From Octopus sinensis (Eukaryota): 64,000 nucleotides of DNA. The stretch is taken from NCBI RefSeq assembly GCF_006345805.1, contig NC_043014.1, forward strand, positions 42,904,001 through 42,968,000. Direction: 5' to 3'. This document shows, one piece after another, positions 1 to 12,776 of this stretch; the stretch's first letter is position 1, and the number at the start of each line of letters is the position of its first letter. The notes under the pieces were generated by a model that had not been told where the DNA came from, did no database searches, and saw only the letters and a list, made by a program, of their open reading frames with translations. The position numbers and the translations under genes were made by a program.

Positions 1-381
1 TAGTAAAGAAATAGGTATTTTGTCTGCCGCTACGTTTTGAGTTCAAATTCCGCCGAGGTCGACTTTGCCTTTATTCCTTTCGGGGTTGATTAAATAAGTA
101 TCAATTACGCACTGGGGTCGATATGATCGACTTAATCCATTTGTCTGCCCTTGTTTGTCCTCCATGTGTTTAGCCCCTTGTGGGTAGTAAAGAAATAGGT
201 ATTTCATCTGCCGCTATGGTCTGAGTTCAAATTCCGTCGAGGTCGACTTTGCCTTTCATCCTTACGGGGTCGATTAAATAAGTACCAGTTACGCACTGGG
301 ATCGATATAACCGACTTTATCCGTTTGTCTGTCTTTGTTTGTCCCCTCTGTGTGTAGCCCCCTGTGGGCAGTAAAGAAATA
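1..381 (+). mobile_element. SINE-B, tandem dimer of 5'-truncated ~185-bp units
   Basis: Two units, each with the B-box GAGTTCAAATTCC, the body GGTCGACTTTGCCTTT(C)ATCC...AAGTACCAGTTACGCACTGGG and the tail AGCCCC.TGTGGG.AGTAAAGAAATA; matches the full copy at 43055-43283. Confidence 0.85.
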
Positions 382-820
382 AGGTGTTCTATTCTGGGCC
401 CTCAGTTTCTTCTGCTGATGCTTTAGTGGTGTTCATTCCACTCAAATGGCAAGCCATATACCATCAGTGGTTCAGCCGATTCTTTCTTAATGCACTACCG
501 AGAAACTGAGGAATACAAATACATTAACTTAACGAGCTGTTAGGAAGTACGAGTGGCTGAAATATAAAATTGGTTAAAAGGTTTTTCAAGTCATGCATTT
601 AGACGTGAGCGTGTGTGTGTATGTGTGTGTGGGCACACAGATGTGTATGCGTATACACATGCATACACAAAGACACATGCATTTGTATTGCATAAATATG
701 TCTGAAGATAATATATAAAGTGCAAATATCAATGCTGTTAAATTGTATTCCACGAATAAGATCCTGCACCAAGATCTTGTAAGAGATGATGTAGATGATG
801 TGATTTACAAGTGCTGCTTC

Positions 821-822
821 TA

Positions 823-856
<34 letters not shown>

Positions 857-935
857 GATATATATATTATATATATATTATATATATATATCTATGTATG
901 TATATATATATATATAATTATATATAATATATATA

Positions 936-981
<46 letters not shown>

Positions 982-1264
982 ATATATGTATATTGTATAT
1001 ATGTGTATGTATGTATGTATGTATATCTGTGTGGTATGTATGTATGTATGTATGTTATGTATGTATGTATGTATGTATGTATGTATGTATGTGTATATAT
1101 ATTTTCAAAACACATATAATGTATATGCGTATTATGTATATCTCACATACACATATATACATACTATAGATACATACATAAAATATATTATATTCATACA
1201 TACATATATATACATATACACATACATGTATGCATACATATATATGTGTATATATATATGTGGT

Positions 1265-1298
<34 letters not shown>

Positions 1299-1510
1299 CA
1301 CCGATATATAATATGTATGTATATATTCTATATCCGTATCTTATCTGTCTGTCTATCTATTTTCTATCTATCTATCTATCTATCATCTATCAATCTATAT
1401 ATATATATATATAAATCTTATACAAACGCCCACACACACATGCACGCACACCACACACACCACCCACCCACACACACACCACACACACACACACATGCAC
1501 ACACACATAT
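821..1510. repeat. Compound microsatellite (TA)n/(TATG)n/(TATC)n/(CA)n
   Basis: Directly visible. Confidence 0.95.
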
Positions 1511-2090
1511 CTTAGTATATGAGGATGGATCAAAAGATCTTAGGATTATACGACATCCTCGCATGGCAGGGGCAGATACATAAAGATTACATATGAATAT
1601 ATTTTCTGCCTTAAGCTACAGTGACTCAGATATAGTCATTGTAGCTTATCTTTATTTTCAGTTGTAGAAGCAATTCTGATGTGAGAGAAGTCGGTGTTAT
1701 TATTGAGACTAGAGGCTATCTCAGATTGATTTACAAGCTGGATTAGTCGAGTACGAGAGATGTAGAGAGGAATATAATTGGAAGAAGAACAGATTCTAAA
1801 CTGGAAAGAAGAAAGAAGATATTTGCAGCAATTATAACCCATGAAGTTCTATCTAATATTCCAGAAAACCATTCTGTAGGTGTTTCTGAGAATAATACAT
1901 ATCAAAATAAGGCTTGATAGTTAGTTTCACGATCAAAGGAATTATTCTTTAGATGCCCATTTTCTGACTATTTGAAAGTGTTTAATTATTTACTTTTATT
2001 GGTTCCATGTAGCCATACTGGAGCACTGCTACTGAAGAAATTATTGAAAAATTCTGTATTAGTCACCAAAGAACAAGGGACAGTCTAGTT

Positions 2091-2231
2091 CAGTTGTTCT
2101 CAAAAATTTTTAGCTTATGGACCCTTTTGGTTCCTATTTTACTCAGGTGGACCCTTATTAAATTATTTGATTTTAATAACAAAATCTTACAGAACCCCTG
2201 AAGATCATATGGACCTGATTGAAAATCATTG
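2091..2231. mobile_element. hAT (Charlie-like) MITE
   Basis: Termini CAGTTGTTCTCAAA...TTGAAAATCATTG; perfect 8-bp TSD GTCTAGTT at 2083-2090 and 2232-2239. Confidence 0.75.
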
Positions 2232-2343
2232 GTCTAGTTGATAGCCAAACAAACATCTGGTTGGTTGCTCATGTTATTTAACCTTAAACGAACCCTGATC
2301 AAGCAAACCTTTTTTTAAAAAGGCTTCCAACACGACCATCCTG

Positions 2344-2715
2344 TATTGGGTTGTCTGGAAAGTTCGGGCTGGTTTATAGTAGCTTACATTTCAACTTATT
2401 TTAGAACATGGTTGAGTCCATAAAATAGGATTTGACTACCACCTCCATTTAGAGCACAGTTTCAGCTATCTTTTCGTGGAAGAAGGTTTATGTTCCTATA
2501 ACCTGTGTTATTCTGTAACCCTTTAAAATGGAAGATAAGAAAGTTCGTTTTTGGCACTTGATGCTTAGGGAGCCAGACAAAAATTGCTGCAGTTTGGCTG
2601 AGATGTGTTACCCCACCCTCCATATTCACCAGATATGGCTCCTTTGGATTTCCACTTATTCAGGTCTCTGCAGAATAGTCTTAATGGTAAAAATTCCAAT
2701 TCCTTGGATGATTCA
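2344..2715 (+). mobile_element. Internally deleted mariner (mellifera-like) fragment
   Basis: TA-TTGGGTTGTC terminus; ATG at 2528 gives MEDKKVRFWHLML, fused directly to C-terminal RQKLLQFG*DVLPHPPYSPDMAPLDFHLFRSLQNSL (YSPDLAP motif). Confidence 0.85.
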
Positions 2716-2739
2716 TAAGGTAGGGTGCATATTTCATCC

Positions 2740-2953
2740 CTATTCTTTTATCATTTTACTTGTTTCAGTCATTTGACTGCAACCGTGCTGGAGCACTGCT
2801 TTTAGTCAAACAAATCGACCCCCAGGACTTATTCTTTGTAAGCCTAGTACTTATTCTATCAGTATCTTTTGCTGAACTGCTAAGTTATGTGGGACAAAAA
2901 CACACCAACATAAGTTGTCAAGTGATGGTGGTGAGACAAACACAAGCACACAA

Positions 2954-2992
<39 letters not shown>

Positions 2993-3153
2993 GTGGGCTT
3001 CTTTCAGTTTCCATCTACCAAATCCACTCACAAAGCTTTGGTCAGACCAAGGCTATAGTAGAAGGCATTTGCCCAAGGTGCCATGCAGTGGGACTGAATC
3101 CGGAACCATGTGGTTGGGAAGCAAGCTTCTTACCACACAGCCACTCCTGCACC
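2740..3153 (-). mobile_element. SINE-A (tRNA-derived, CORE-like)
   Basis: A/B boxes, CORE-like ACCTTGGGCAA, internal (TG)n tract, conserved 3' half and GTAAAA-type tail. Confidence 0.9.
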
Positions 3154-3396
3154 TATGTTTGTCTTCAGAGACAAACAAACGCACATGGAAGTGGTGTTAT
3201 CAGAGTCAATAATGAGAACACAAAGCTTGTTTTACACCAAAAAAGTGACAAATAAATCCATAAAAATATCTTATTCTAAACCAGAATAGAATATAAACAA
3301 GATTTATATATTTTATCAAAGTTTGAGACAGAAATGAAATAAGAAAAACTTTTCTTTAGATAAAAAAACCGAATATATGCACAAACTCTCCTTTAT

Positions 3397-3398
3397 TT

Positions 3399-3444
<46 letters not shown>

Positions 3445-4123
3445 CCCTATATCTTTCTGCTTCTCTCTGCAGCACAAATATACACCTACATAAACATATG
3501 CACACACACACACACACACACACATACATACACACACAAACAATAATGCATATGTATATATATATATATATATTATATATGTGAGTGTGTGTATGTGCAT
3601 GTGTGTGGTGTGTATATGTATGTGTGTGAATGTATATTATATATATATAATATATCTTTATACATATATACACACCTATATACACATATATATACATATT
3701 TAATGTGTATGTATAATATGTATGTATATATACACACACACACATATATACATACACACACATATATATACACACACACACACACACATATATATACAAA
3801 CATATATATATATACACATATATAAAATCATAAACAAATATAAATATATATGTAAATGAGCTCACAGTTTCACATGTTTGTTTTTATGTTCATACAGACA
3901 TAACATATATATGCAAATATATGCATGAAATATATATATACACATACATGCATAGATATAAAAATGAAGATTTCTTTTAAAAAATAAACTTACACATATA
4001 TTCATTTTTCAAATTTCTTTCCATTAGAGAAAGAAAAGTTGCTCTCTAAGCTAGAAACGAAACTTTTTCTTGGGAATTTGCAGAACATCAACTCAGTAGT
4101 GTGTGTGTATTTGTGTGTGTGTT

Positions 4124-4195
<72 letters not shown>

Positions 4196-4320
4196 TGTGT
4201 GTGTGAGTGTGTGCGTGCATGTGTGTGTGTTTGCATGGCTGTGTGTGTTTGTGTGTGCATGTCTGTGTATTTGCTTGTGTGTCTGTGTGCATGTAGGTGT
4301 GTGCACATGCGTGCACGCAT
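3397..4320. repeat. (CT)n/(CA)n/(TA)n/(TG)n microsatellite cluster with a short unique interruption
   Basis: Directly visible. Confidence 0.9.
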
Positions 4321-4443
4321 CAATGCCTTCTCATTCTTATTTTAATTCAAGTGTTAATTTATGACTGGCCACCTGTCTGGTAGCCAGGTTTTGAAAGAAG
4401 GCATTTTGTTCTATCTTTCATCTTTAAATCCTATACTTGATCA

Positions 4444-5028
4444 CTGGCATCACTCAGCAAGACTTTTGTTAGCCGCTCTCCAGCCATCTATTTAAAACTG
4501 TATACAGCTATGGTATGACCGCACTTGGAATTCGCATCATCAGTTTGGAATCCCTATCTTGCTCAGAACATTGACCTCCTGGAATCTGTCCAGAGACATG
4601 CAACCAAACGCATACCCTCCATCAGACACCTACCATATTCTGAGCACCTTGTTTCCTGGGCATGGATTCACTGAAGCTCCGGCATCTGGCGACGGACTTG
4701 GTAAACACCCACAAGGTTATCAACCACCTCATCCAACACCAACAACACTGAACACCTTTTTGATCTCCATGTGTCTAACACACGTGGACATGCCTACAAA
4801 GTCAGAAAACAGCACAGCTCCCATGACTTTCGGAAACATTTTTTCACGCTCAGGGTTGCTGAAGCATGGAATAAACTGCCTGCATCAGTTGTTGACTGCC
4901 ATGACACTGCATCCTTTAAGGCCCTCATGCTTCCCGAAATCCGTCGAAACTACACCTAATTATATATACACTTTAGATGAGTTGTAGTGCACCTGAGCAC
5001 TGTACACAATTATTATTATTATTATTAT
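4444..5028 (+). mobile_element. CR1-clade LINE, 3' end of ORF2 plus UTR, decayed
   Basis: LKLYTAMV*PHLEFASSVWNPYLAQNIDLLESVQRHATKRIP and TRGHAYK...RKHFFTLRVAEAWNKLPASVV, typical CR1 RT C-terminus; frameshifted; (ATT)n tail. Confidence 0.9.
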
Positions 5029-5170
5029 CAAGTCATTAGACTGTGGCCATGCTGGGGCACCGCCTTGAAGAGTTTTTAGTCAAACAAACCAACCCCAGCA
5101 CCTATCCCTTGTAATACCTATCTTAGTCCTTATTTTATCAGTCTCTTTTGCTCAATTCCTAAGTTATGAG

Positions 5171-5295
5171 ACTTTGCCTTTCATCCTTTTGGGGGTCGAT
5201 AAATTAAGTACCAGTTACACACTGGGGTCGATGTAATCAACTTAATCCCTTTGTCTGTCCCGTCTATGTTTAGCCCCTTGTGGGCAATAAAGAAG
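5171..5295 (+). mobile_element. SINE-B 3' fragment
   Basis: ACTTTGCCTTTCATCC...GCCCCTTGTGGGCAATAAAGAA. Confidence 0.8.
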
Positions 5296-5296
5296 T

Positions 5297-5685
5297 AAGA
5301 AGCTTACTTCCCAACCAAATGGTTCCGGGTTCAGTCCCACTGCATGGCACCTTGAACAAGTGTCTTCTACTCTAGCCTCGGGTCGACCAAAGCCTTGTGA
5401 GTGGATTTGGTAGACGGATACTGAAAGAAGCCCATCGTATATATGTATGTATGTGTGTGTGTGTGTTTGTGTGTGTCTGTGTTTGTCCCCCCCAATCAAC
5501 ACTTGACAACCGATGCGGGTGTTTTTACATACCCTGTAATTTGGCAGTTTCGGCAATACGAGACTGACAGAATAAGTACTAGGCTTACAAAGAATAAGTC
5601 TTGGGAGTCGATCCGTTCTACTAAAGGCAGCGCTCCAGCATGGCCGCAGTCAAATGGCTGAAACAAGTAAAAGAAGCAAAAGAAC
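5297..5685 (+). mobile_element. SINE-A, 5'-truncated
   Basis: B-box GGTTCAGTCCC through tail TGAAACAAGTAAAAGA. Confidence 0.85.
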
Positions 5686-5859
5686 AAGTCACTCATTCTC
5701 TACAAACAGCAACTATATTTTCTCTGAAAGTCGTTGAAGGCAAAATTAATTGAGATCAGTTTTGTTTTTAAATTTTATCAGCTAATGTTGATTAAAGGTT
5801 TATTTAAGCAAAATCTTTTGCAATTACTGCTTAATGCTTGTTTAGAATGTTTATTTTTC

Positions 5860-5864
5860 TATAC

Positions 5865-5906
<42 letters not shown>

Positions 5907-5922
5907 ATATACATACATATAT

Positions 5923-5963
<41 letters not shown>

Positions 5964-6122
5964 CATACATACAATATATATATATATATATATACATGCA
6001 TACATATATATATATATAATACATATATATATATATACACACACACATATATGCATACATACATATATATATTTATGTACATATATATATATTATATATA
6101 TTATATATATTATGTATATATG

Positions 6123-6182
<60 letters not shown>

Positions 6183-6245
6183 TTATATATATATATAGAT
6201 ATATACATATATACGCATACACAGACACACACATATATATGTGCA
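5860..6245. repeat. (TA)n-rich microsatellite
   Basis: Directly visible. Confidence 0.95.
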
Positions 6246-6647
6246 TATCCTTAGATTAAACAACAGTTGTATGATAAAATGATATTATTGTAATTGTATG
6301 ATAATTATTATTTTAACAAGATTTTGATGGCCTGCAATCTGTGATTAAAGAATAATTTTTCTAAAGTTCCATGCATAAAATTATTTTCCCTCTCTTTTTC
6401 TCTGTATTTCAAAATTCATACCGTACCTGGCTATGCATACACACACACACACATGTATATATACATATATATATAATCAAAAATGTATTGTATTAAATAT
6501 CCATCATGGTTGGTCTTAACAATCAGTTTCACATGATAGATATTTAATATTATACATTTTGGATAAGATACCCTCTCTACTGACAGATATATGAGTGCAT
6601 CTTTTCCCTGCCTTATGGTCTCTTAGACAACTTGCGAATGTATATTC

Positions 6648-6983
6648 TGAGACCCCCTTCGGTCATGACACAAACCATGGGATTGAACCTAGAAAGTTAC
6701 CCTCCCAGACACGAGTCTGGGCAAGGTTGTTTATGGAAGACCATCAGTCACTCACACATACCAGCCTCACCTCTCCACGCCACCGATGATATCCAAGGGA
6801 AAGGCAAAGGCCAATACAGCTTGGCACCTGTGACATTGCAACTCATTTCTACAGCTGAGTGAACTGGAGCAGTGTGAAATAAAGTGTCCTGCTCAAGAAC
6901 ACAACATGCAGCCCGGTTCGGGATTCGAGCTCACAACCTCACGAACGTAAGCTTGATGCTCTAACCACTGAGCCATGTACCTT

Positions 6984-6985
<2 letters not shown>
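6648..6985 (-). mobile_element. SINE-C (tRNA head plus TGTGTTCTTGAGCA..ACACTTTA..CCAG..CACTCAGCTG central domain)
   Basis: A-box TGGCTCAGTGG and B-box-like GAGCTCGAATCCC; central domain shared with 21895-22205 and 50580-51410. Confidence 0.8.
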
Positions 6986-7017
<32 letters not shown>

Positions 7018-7027
7018 CATACATACA

Positions 7028-7063
<36 letters not shown>

Positions 7064-7286
7064 CATATATATACAAATCTTGTATATAAATGTACTGTGC
7101 ACACAAGGGTAGGGCCATATGTTTACATTGGCCTGATGGATGATTCATTTAAGAAGCATAATCATAAACATGTTGTGCCAGCTTTAAGACAATCAATAAA
7201 AGACATTCAACATATTTGGCTCATTTTGTATGCTGACTGAAGGAAGATAAAATAAAGTACAGCATATATATATATATATATATATA

Positions 7287-7447
7287 GGCATAGGAGTGGC
7301 TGTGTGGTAAGTAGCTTGCTTACGAATCACATGGTTCTGGATTCAGTCCCACTGCGTGGCACATTGGGCAAGTGTCTTCTACTATAGCCTCGGGCCGACC
7401 AAAGCCTTGTGAGTGGATTTGGTAGACGGAAACTGAAAGAAGCCCGT

Positions 7448-7480
<33 letters not shown>

Positions 7481-7712
7481 ATATGTTTGTGTGCCTGTGT
7501 TTGTTTCTCCAACATCGCTTGACAACCGATGCCGGTGTGTTTACGTCCCCGTAACTTAGCGGTTCAGCAAAAAGAGACCAATAGAATAAGTACTAGGCTT
7601 ATTACAAAGAATGAGTCTTGGGGTCGATTTGCTCGACTAAAAAGGTGGTGCTCCAGCATGGCCGCAGTCAGATGACTGAAACAAGTAAAAGAGTAAAAAG
7701 AGAGAAAAGAGT
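7287..7712 (+). mobile_element. SINE-A, full length
   Basis: GGCATAGGAGTGGCTGTGTGG head to the (GAGTAAAA)n tail. Confidence 0.92.
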
Positions 7713-7725
7713 ATATATATATATA

Positions 7726-9406
7726 TTGGGTCAATACATAAATAAGAATAACCTGGTTTTGTCAGTTGCATGAACTAAAAGTCGGATGGGGATGGGATAA
7801 ACCTGCTTCAACTTGCCATAAAAGCAGGTACTAATTTTACTTTGTACTTATTCATAGTGTAAGCTTTGAAGAGTGCAGTTCAATTTTAACAGTTATTTTT
7901 TTCAAAGCTATAATGGAAATGACAAAGTGTCATATTTTGCTTTATGAATTCAATAAAGGCAACAACACAATGGAAAGTGCAAGAATATTAATGCAGTATG
8001 CGGTGATTGGACAATAAGCATAAACCTATTTCTTTTTTACCCACCAGGGGCTAAACACAAAGAGAACAATCAAGGACAGACAAAGGGGTTAAGTCGATTA
8101 CATCGACCCCAGTGCGAACTGGTACTTAATTTATCGACCCCGAAAGGATGAAAGGCAAAGTCAACCTCGGCGGAATTTGAACTCAGAACGTAACGTCAGA
8201 CGAAATACGGCTACGCATAAACCAACGTCAATGAAGTTTCCAGAAATTCTGAGCTGGAAACTATAGTCTAGAAGGCGAACCTCGTCCTGGAAGATCTTTA
8301 GAGCTCAACGAGGATGTCCTGCAAACCCTGGTGGGACAAAATCCCATCATAACAGTTGAGGACCTAGCAGAAAAGCTTGGATTTGGTCATTCAACTATTC
8401 ACTGACACCTGCAATGCCATCGGAAAAGTCAGCAAATTGGGTCAATGGTTTCTCACAAACTTTGCAAGTTTAATAGTGCATAGAGAGTGAATGTGTGCTT
8501 TTCTTTGCTGTCACATCTCATAAAGGAACCGTTTTTGGACCGAATACTGACTAGTGATGAGAAAAGGGTTCTCTATAAAAATATCAAGTGCTGAAGACAG
8601 TGGGTAGGGAAAAGAGAATCACTGACATCTCAGGCTAAAGAATGTCTTTACCCGCATAAGGTGTTGTTATCTGTTTGGTAGGATATGAAAGGTTTAATCC
8701 ACTTTGATCTTTTAAACCCAAACCAAACAATAACAAAGTAGGTCTACTGCAAGCAGCATGAGCAGCTTACGTCAACACTAGAAGGAAAATTTCTATCTTT
8801 GGTTTCAAGACGAAAAGTGTTCTTCCATCAGGATAATGCTCACCAAATACAGTGAGGATGACATTCCAAAGGCTGGAGTAGTTTGAATAGGAAACGATGA
8901 CCCACCCACCATATTCACTGGACATTGCCCTATCTGATGTACCATTCATGCTTGATCATTTGATCATTTAGTAATTAGTCTGGTGTAAGCATGGAGTGAG
9001 ATCAAGGGGTCAGGAAAAAACAGGTTTGGTTTTTTCACTTTGTAATCTGGCTTGTCTCATATCTTAGGACTTATCTTTTGGATGTTTCTGTTTTTGGACT
9101 GTGGCCATGCTGGGGCACTGCTTTGAAGAGTATTACTCAAACAAACTGATCCCAGGGCTTACTTCCATTTTAAGCCTAGTTCTGCAGTCTTCAAAATCAT
9201 TTGAATAGAAAAAAATATGAATTCTGTAGATGAGGTCAGAACAGTACTGGAGGAGTATTTTTTGTCACAGACAAGTGAATTTTGGAAGAGCGGCCTAGAA
9301 TTGTAGAAAATAGAGGAGAGCATATTTTAGATTAAAAAAAGACTTTATCTTAATTTTGAAAAATAAAAGAAGTTTGAAAAGCCACATTATTTATGGGATG
9401 ATGCAA
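7726..9406 (+). mobile_element. Full-length decayed mariner (mellifera-like) with two internal insertions
   Basis: Imperfect ITRs TTGGGTCAATACATAAATAA / TTATTTATGGGATGATGCAA flanked by TA; peptides HILLYEFNKG, EPRPGRS, PFLDRILTSDEK, HQDNA, HPPYSLDIALSD, SLQNHL, GEHILD*; many stops and frameshifts. Confidence 0.9.
8027..8214 (-). mobile_element. SINE-B nested in the mariner
   Basis: 9-bp TSD GCATAAACC at 8018-8026 and 8215-8223. Confidence 0.9.
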
Positions 9407-10132
9407 TATGGTACAGACATGGCTGGGTGGGAGACAAATTTTTTCTCAACTCTGCAGTGGGATTGAACCCGAGACCACTTGACTGAGAAGCAAGCCTCTT
9501 TACCACACAACCACTCCTGCACCTATGAAAGTTTGAGTTTTTATAAATATATGTATGTACAATCAGAGATAACTAAAAAGGGGAAAAGAAATGTGAGAGA
9601 GCGAGGAACGGAAGGATTAGGAAATAGAATACTTATATAAACATCCATTCAAGAGCAGACATCAAAAAAAACATAGATATCAAAAAAAAAAAAAATTTTT
9701 TAAAATAAACCTGACTCAGCCTGCAAAATAAAAAAAAAATGTAGTCAATGACAACTGCAAGATAATTAATTAAAATTTTAAGTCATTTATCATACAACCC
9801 CCCCCCCCCCCCATTGGAATCGAGGCTGACCTTACGTCTTGCAGTTTTCGCCACAAATTTCTGTTTATGCATGTTTTTCTTTTTTTTTTTTGTTTTTCTT
9901 TTTTTGATTTTCATTATGTGCCTTTTACGTCATCTTCAGTCACAAGAAATGTTCTTATTTACCGTTTCCTGTCTTTGGTTTTGTTTACTGTTTCTCCTCT
10001 TTCATTAAGACGTCCAAATGATTTCTCTCTGAACTTTATAATTTCGTTATTTCTGTGGATATTCATTTGTTTAACAAATATATCCCTATTTATTTATTTA
10101 GCCCAGTTTAATTATTTACATATTTACGTATA

Positions 10133-10521
10133 CTCTCTTTACTCTCTTTTACTTGTTTCAGTAATTTTGACTGCGGCTATGCTGGAGCACCGCCTTTAGT
10201 CGAGCAAATCGACCCCGGGACTTATTCTTTGTAAGCCCAGTACTTATTCTATCGGTCTCTTTTTTGCCGAACCGCAAAACACACCATCGGTTGTCAAGAA
10301 ATGCTAGGGGGACAAACACACACACACAAACACACACACATATATACATATATATACATATATACGACAGGCTTCTTTCAGTTTCCATCTACCAAATCCA
10401 CTCACAAGGCATTGGTCAGCCCGGGGCTATAGCAGAAGCCCAGTACTCTTTCTATCGGTCTCATTTTTGCCGAACCGCAAAACACACCACCATCGGTTGT
10501 CAAGCAATGCTAGGGGGACAA

Positions 10522-10557
<36 letters not shown>

Positions 10558-10728
10558 GCATATATACGACAGGCTTCTTTCAGTTTCTGTCTACCAAATC
10601 CACTCACAAGGCATTGGTCGGCCTGGGGCTATAGCAGAAGACACTTGCTCAAGGTGCCACGCAGTGGAACTGAACCTGGAACCATGTGGTTGGTAATCAA
10701 GCTACTTACCACACGGCCACTCCTGCAC
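10133..10728 (-). mobile_element. SINE-A with internal tandem duplication
   Basis: Segment AAGCCCAGTAC...GGGGCTATAGCAG occurs twice (about 10233-10435 and 10436-10637); both copies share the same internal deletion. Confidence 0.85.
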
Positions 10729-10981
10729 CTATTTGTTTAACAAATATCTCTATTTACATATTTACGTATCTAGTTTTTTCTTTCAACTTATTTCCTTAAC
10801 CCTTTCATTACTGTATTTCTGTTGAGATGCTCTGTGTTTCTTTCAATTAACTTAAAATATAACAAAGAATTTAGTAAAATAACTTAGTTAATACAGTTCT
10901 GTATTTAAGAGATGAAGAATTATGTACATTATTTATATTATTATCATTTGACGGATATTTGTCCTCATCTTATTTGTTGTT

Positions 10982-11027
10982 AACACAACGTTTCGGCTGA
11001 TATACCTTCCAGACTTCATCAGGTGTC
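10982..11027 (-). ncRNA. Minimal type I hammerhead ribozyme motif
   Basis: GACAC-CTGATGA-A-GTCTGG-aaggtata-TCAGCC-GAAAC-GTT-GTGTT: intact core, stem I GACAC/GTGTT, stem II with one mismatch, palindromic ACGT stem III. Confidence 0.75.
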
Positions 11028-11093
11028 TTGGGGAGATTTTGAACCTGGATTCTCATTCTTAAGGTATTTTTCGATGTTATCATTATTATTATT

Positions 11094-11535
11094 GAGTGAG
11101 AGAGCAGTGTATGCCATCAAAGTGACACTGGGATAAAATATACAAAGCCTAGTATACCCATCTTGACTACCCGTCTGATAAGAATACACTAGGCACATGC
11201 ATCACAACCATATGTGCACGACATGGTGATCTCATATCAAGATAAACAGCACATGACCTTGCAGATGGGGCCCAATTAGAATTTTCTTCTGGTCGAGTAG
11301 CCCATCCCGCTCAAAAGGTCCTTGAATAAGGGTTGTTTAAGGATGTTGAACGAAACACCCATGTTTCCAGAGGCGAATTATTCAAACCCCAAAGAATCCC
11401 TCTCAACACATGGCTATGATGCTCCCCCACTACTTCTGCTCATGATCAGAGATGCACATATCGTCAGCCACTAAGGGATATGCTCAACTGGTTAAGGTCA
11501 AACAACTGACAAGCAAATCTGTGGTATTGAGCAGA
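11094..11535 (-). mobile_element. Unclassified element inserted in an (ATT)n tract
   Basis: About 440 bp of higher-complexity sequence flanked on both sides by (ATT)n, splitting the host element; strand inferred. Confidence 0.5.
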
Positions 11536-11573
<38 letters not shown>

Positions 11574-12634
11574 TCACTGCTTAGAACTGAACTCAGAATC
11601 TAGGGGTTAGTAGCCCGCGCTCTTAACCACTACACCATATGAGGACAAATATCCATCAAATGTAAATAATGTAAATAATAACTTAGTTGTCATTAAGCTA
11701 GTGTTAGGAACATAAATTATGACTAAGGTTTGGTAGAAGATTTTAATTCAGAGCTTTTGAAAACAAGACATTTGTACTGAGAGCCAGAGACAGTTTCAAC
11801 CATGATGGTATCAAAAGGATTAATGTTTTTTTTTAATTTTCAAGCATTTTTTTTTAGTTATCTATTCATTTTATTCATTTATTCATACATTTATTATTAC
11901 TATTTTTTTTTTTTTGCCTTTCATCGGTACCACTTCAGATTCCTGAAAATTGCTCATTTTTTAAAACTAAGTTCGTTACTGTTGTTGTCGTTGTTGTTGT
12001 TGTTGTTGTCGTCAACGGCATTATCACTCCAGACAGCTTGAGGTTAAGCAGACTAATGATACGGATGCGATTGATGTGAGTGAATGTCCGGCTCTCCACA
12101 TCAACACCACCAACACCGTCGTCCTCCACACCACACCTTCACCCCCACCTCCACCACCACCATCACCACCATTACCACCACCACCATCACCACCACCACC
12201 ACCACCACCACCACCATCATCATCACCACCCTTGAATGTAGCGTTCATGCTTGATCATTTGATCATTTAGTAATTAGTCTGGTGTAAGCATGGAGTGAGA
12301 TCAAGGGGTCAGGAAAAAACAGGTTTGGTTTTTGCACTTTGTAATCTGGCTTGTCTCATATCTTATGGCTTATCTTTTGGATGTTTCTGGTTTTTGGACT
12401 GTGGTCATGCTGGGGCACTACTTTGAAGAGTATTACTCAAACGAACTGATCCCAGGGATTACTTCCATTTTAAGTCTAGTACTTATTCAATTGTTATCTT
12501 TTGCTGGCCCAATAAGTTATGGGAATGTAAACAAACCAGCACCGGTTGTCAAGCAGTGGCGAGGGAACAAACACAAACACAAAGACACACACACATACAT
12601 TCATACATATGCATACACATACATATATATGTAC

Positions 12635-12714
<80 letters not shown>

Positions 12715-12776
12715 CATACATATATATATAATATATATATATACATATATATACATATATATATATACATATATAT

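Larger units (their letters stand above)
10890..11676 (-). mobile_element. tRNA-headed, hammerhead-containing SINE-like element with an inverted tail copy
   Basis: 12-bp TSD AATAACTTAGTT (10878-10889, 11677-11688); A-box TGGTGTAGTGG and B-box-like GAGTTCAGTTCT at 11583-11638; hammerhead at 10982-11027; tail 10919-10968 repeated in inverted orientation at 11639-11679. Confidence 0.75.
10800..11819. mobile_element. piggyBac-type MITE hosting nested insertions
   Basis: TTAA at 10796-10799 and 11820-11823; imperfect terminal inverted repeats CCCTTTCATTAC / GTATCAAAAGGA. Confidence 0.6.

Noticed and set aside
400-505. Minus-strand terminal exon FLGSALRKNRLNH* (similar weak candidates at 1661 and 4028)
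   Set aside because: Too short, no homology and no supporting partner exons
1545-1585. HDV-like L3 motif CATCCTCGCATG
   Set aside because: No P1, P2 or P4 pairing found
10264-10740. Recurrent peptides such as SFRLPNPLTRLWSARGYSRRHLPKVP across many ORFs
   Set aside because: Translations of SINE-A, not a gene family
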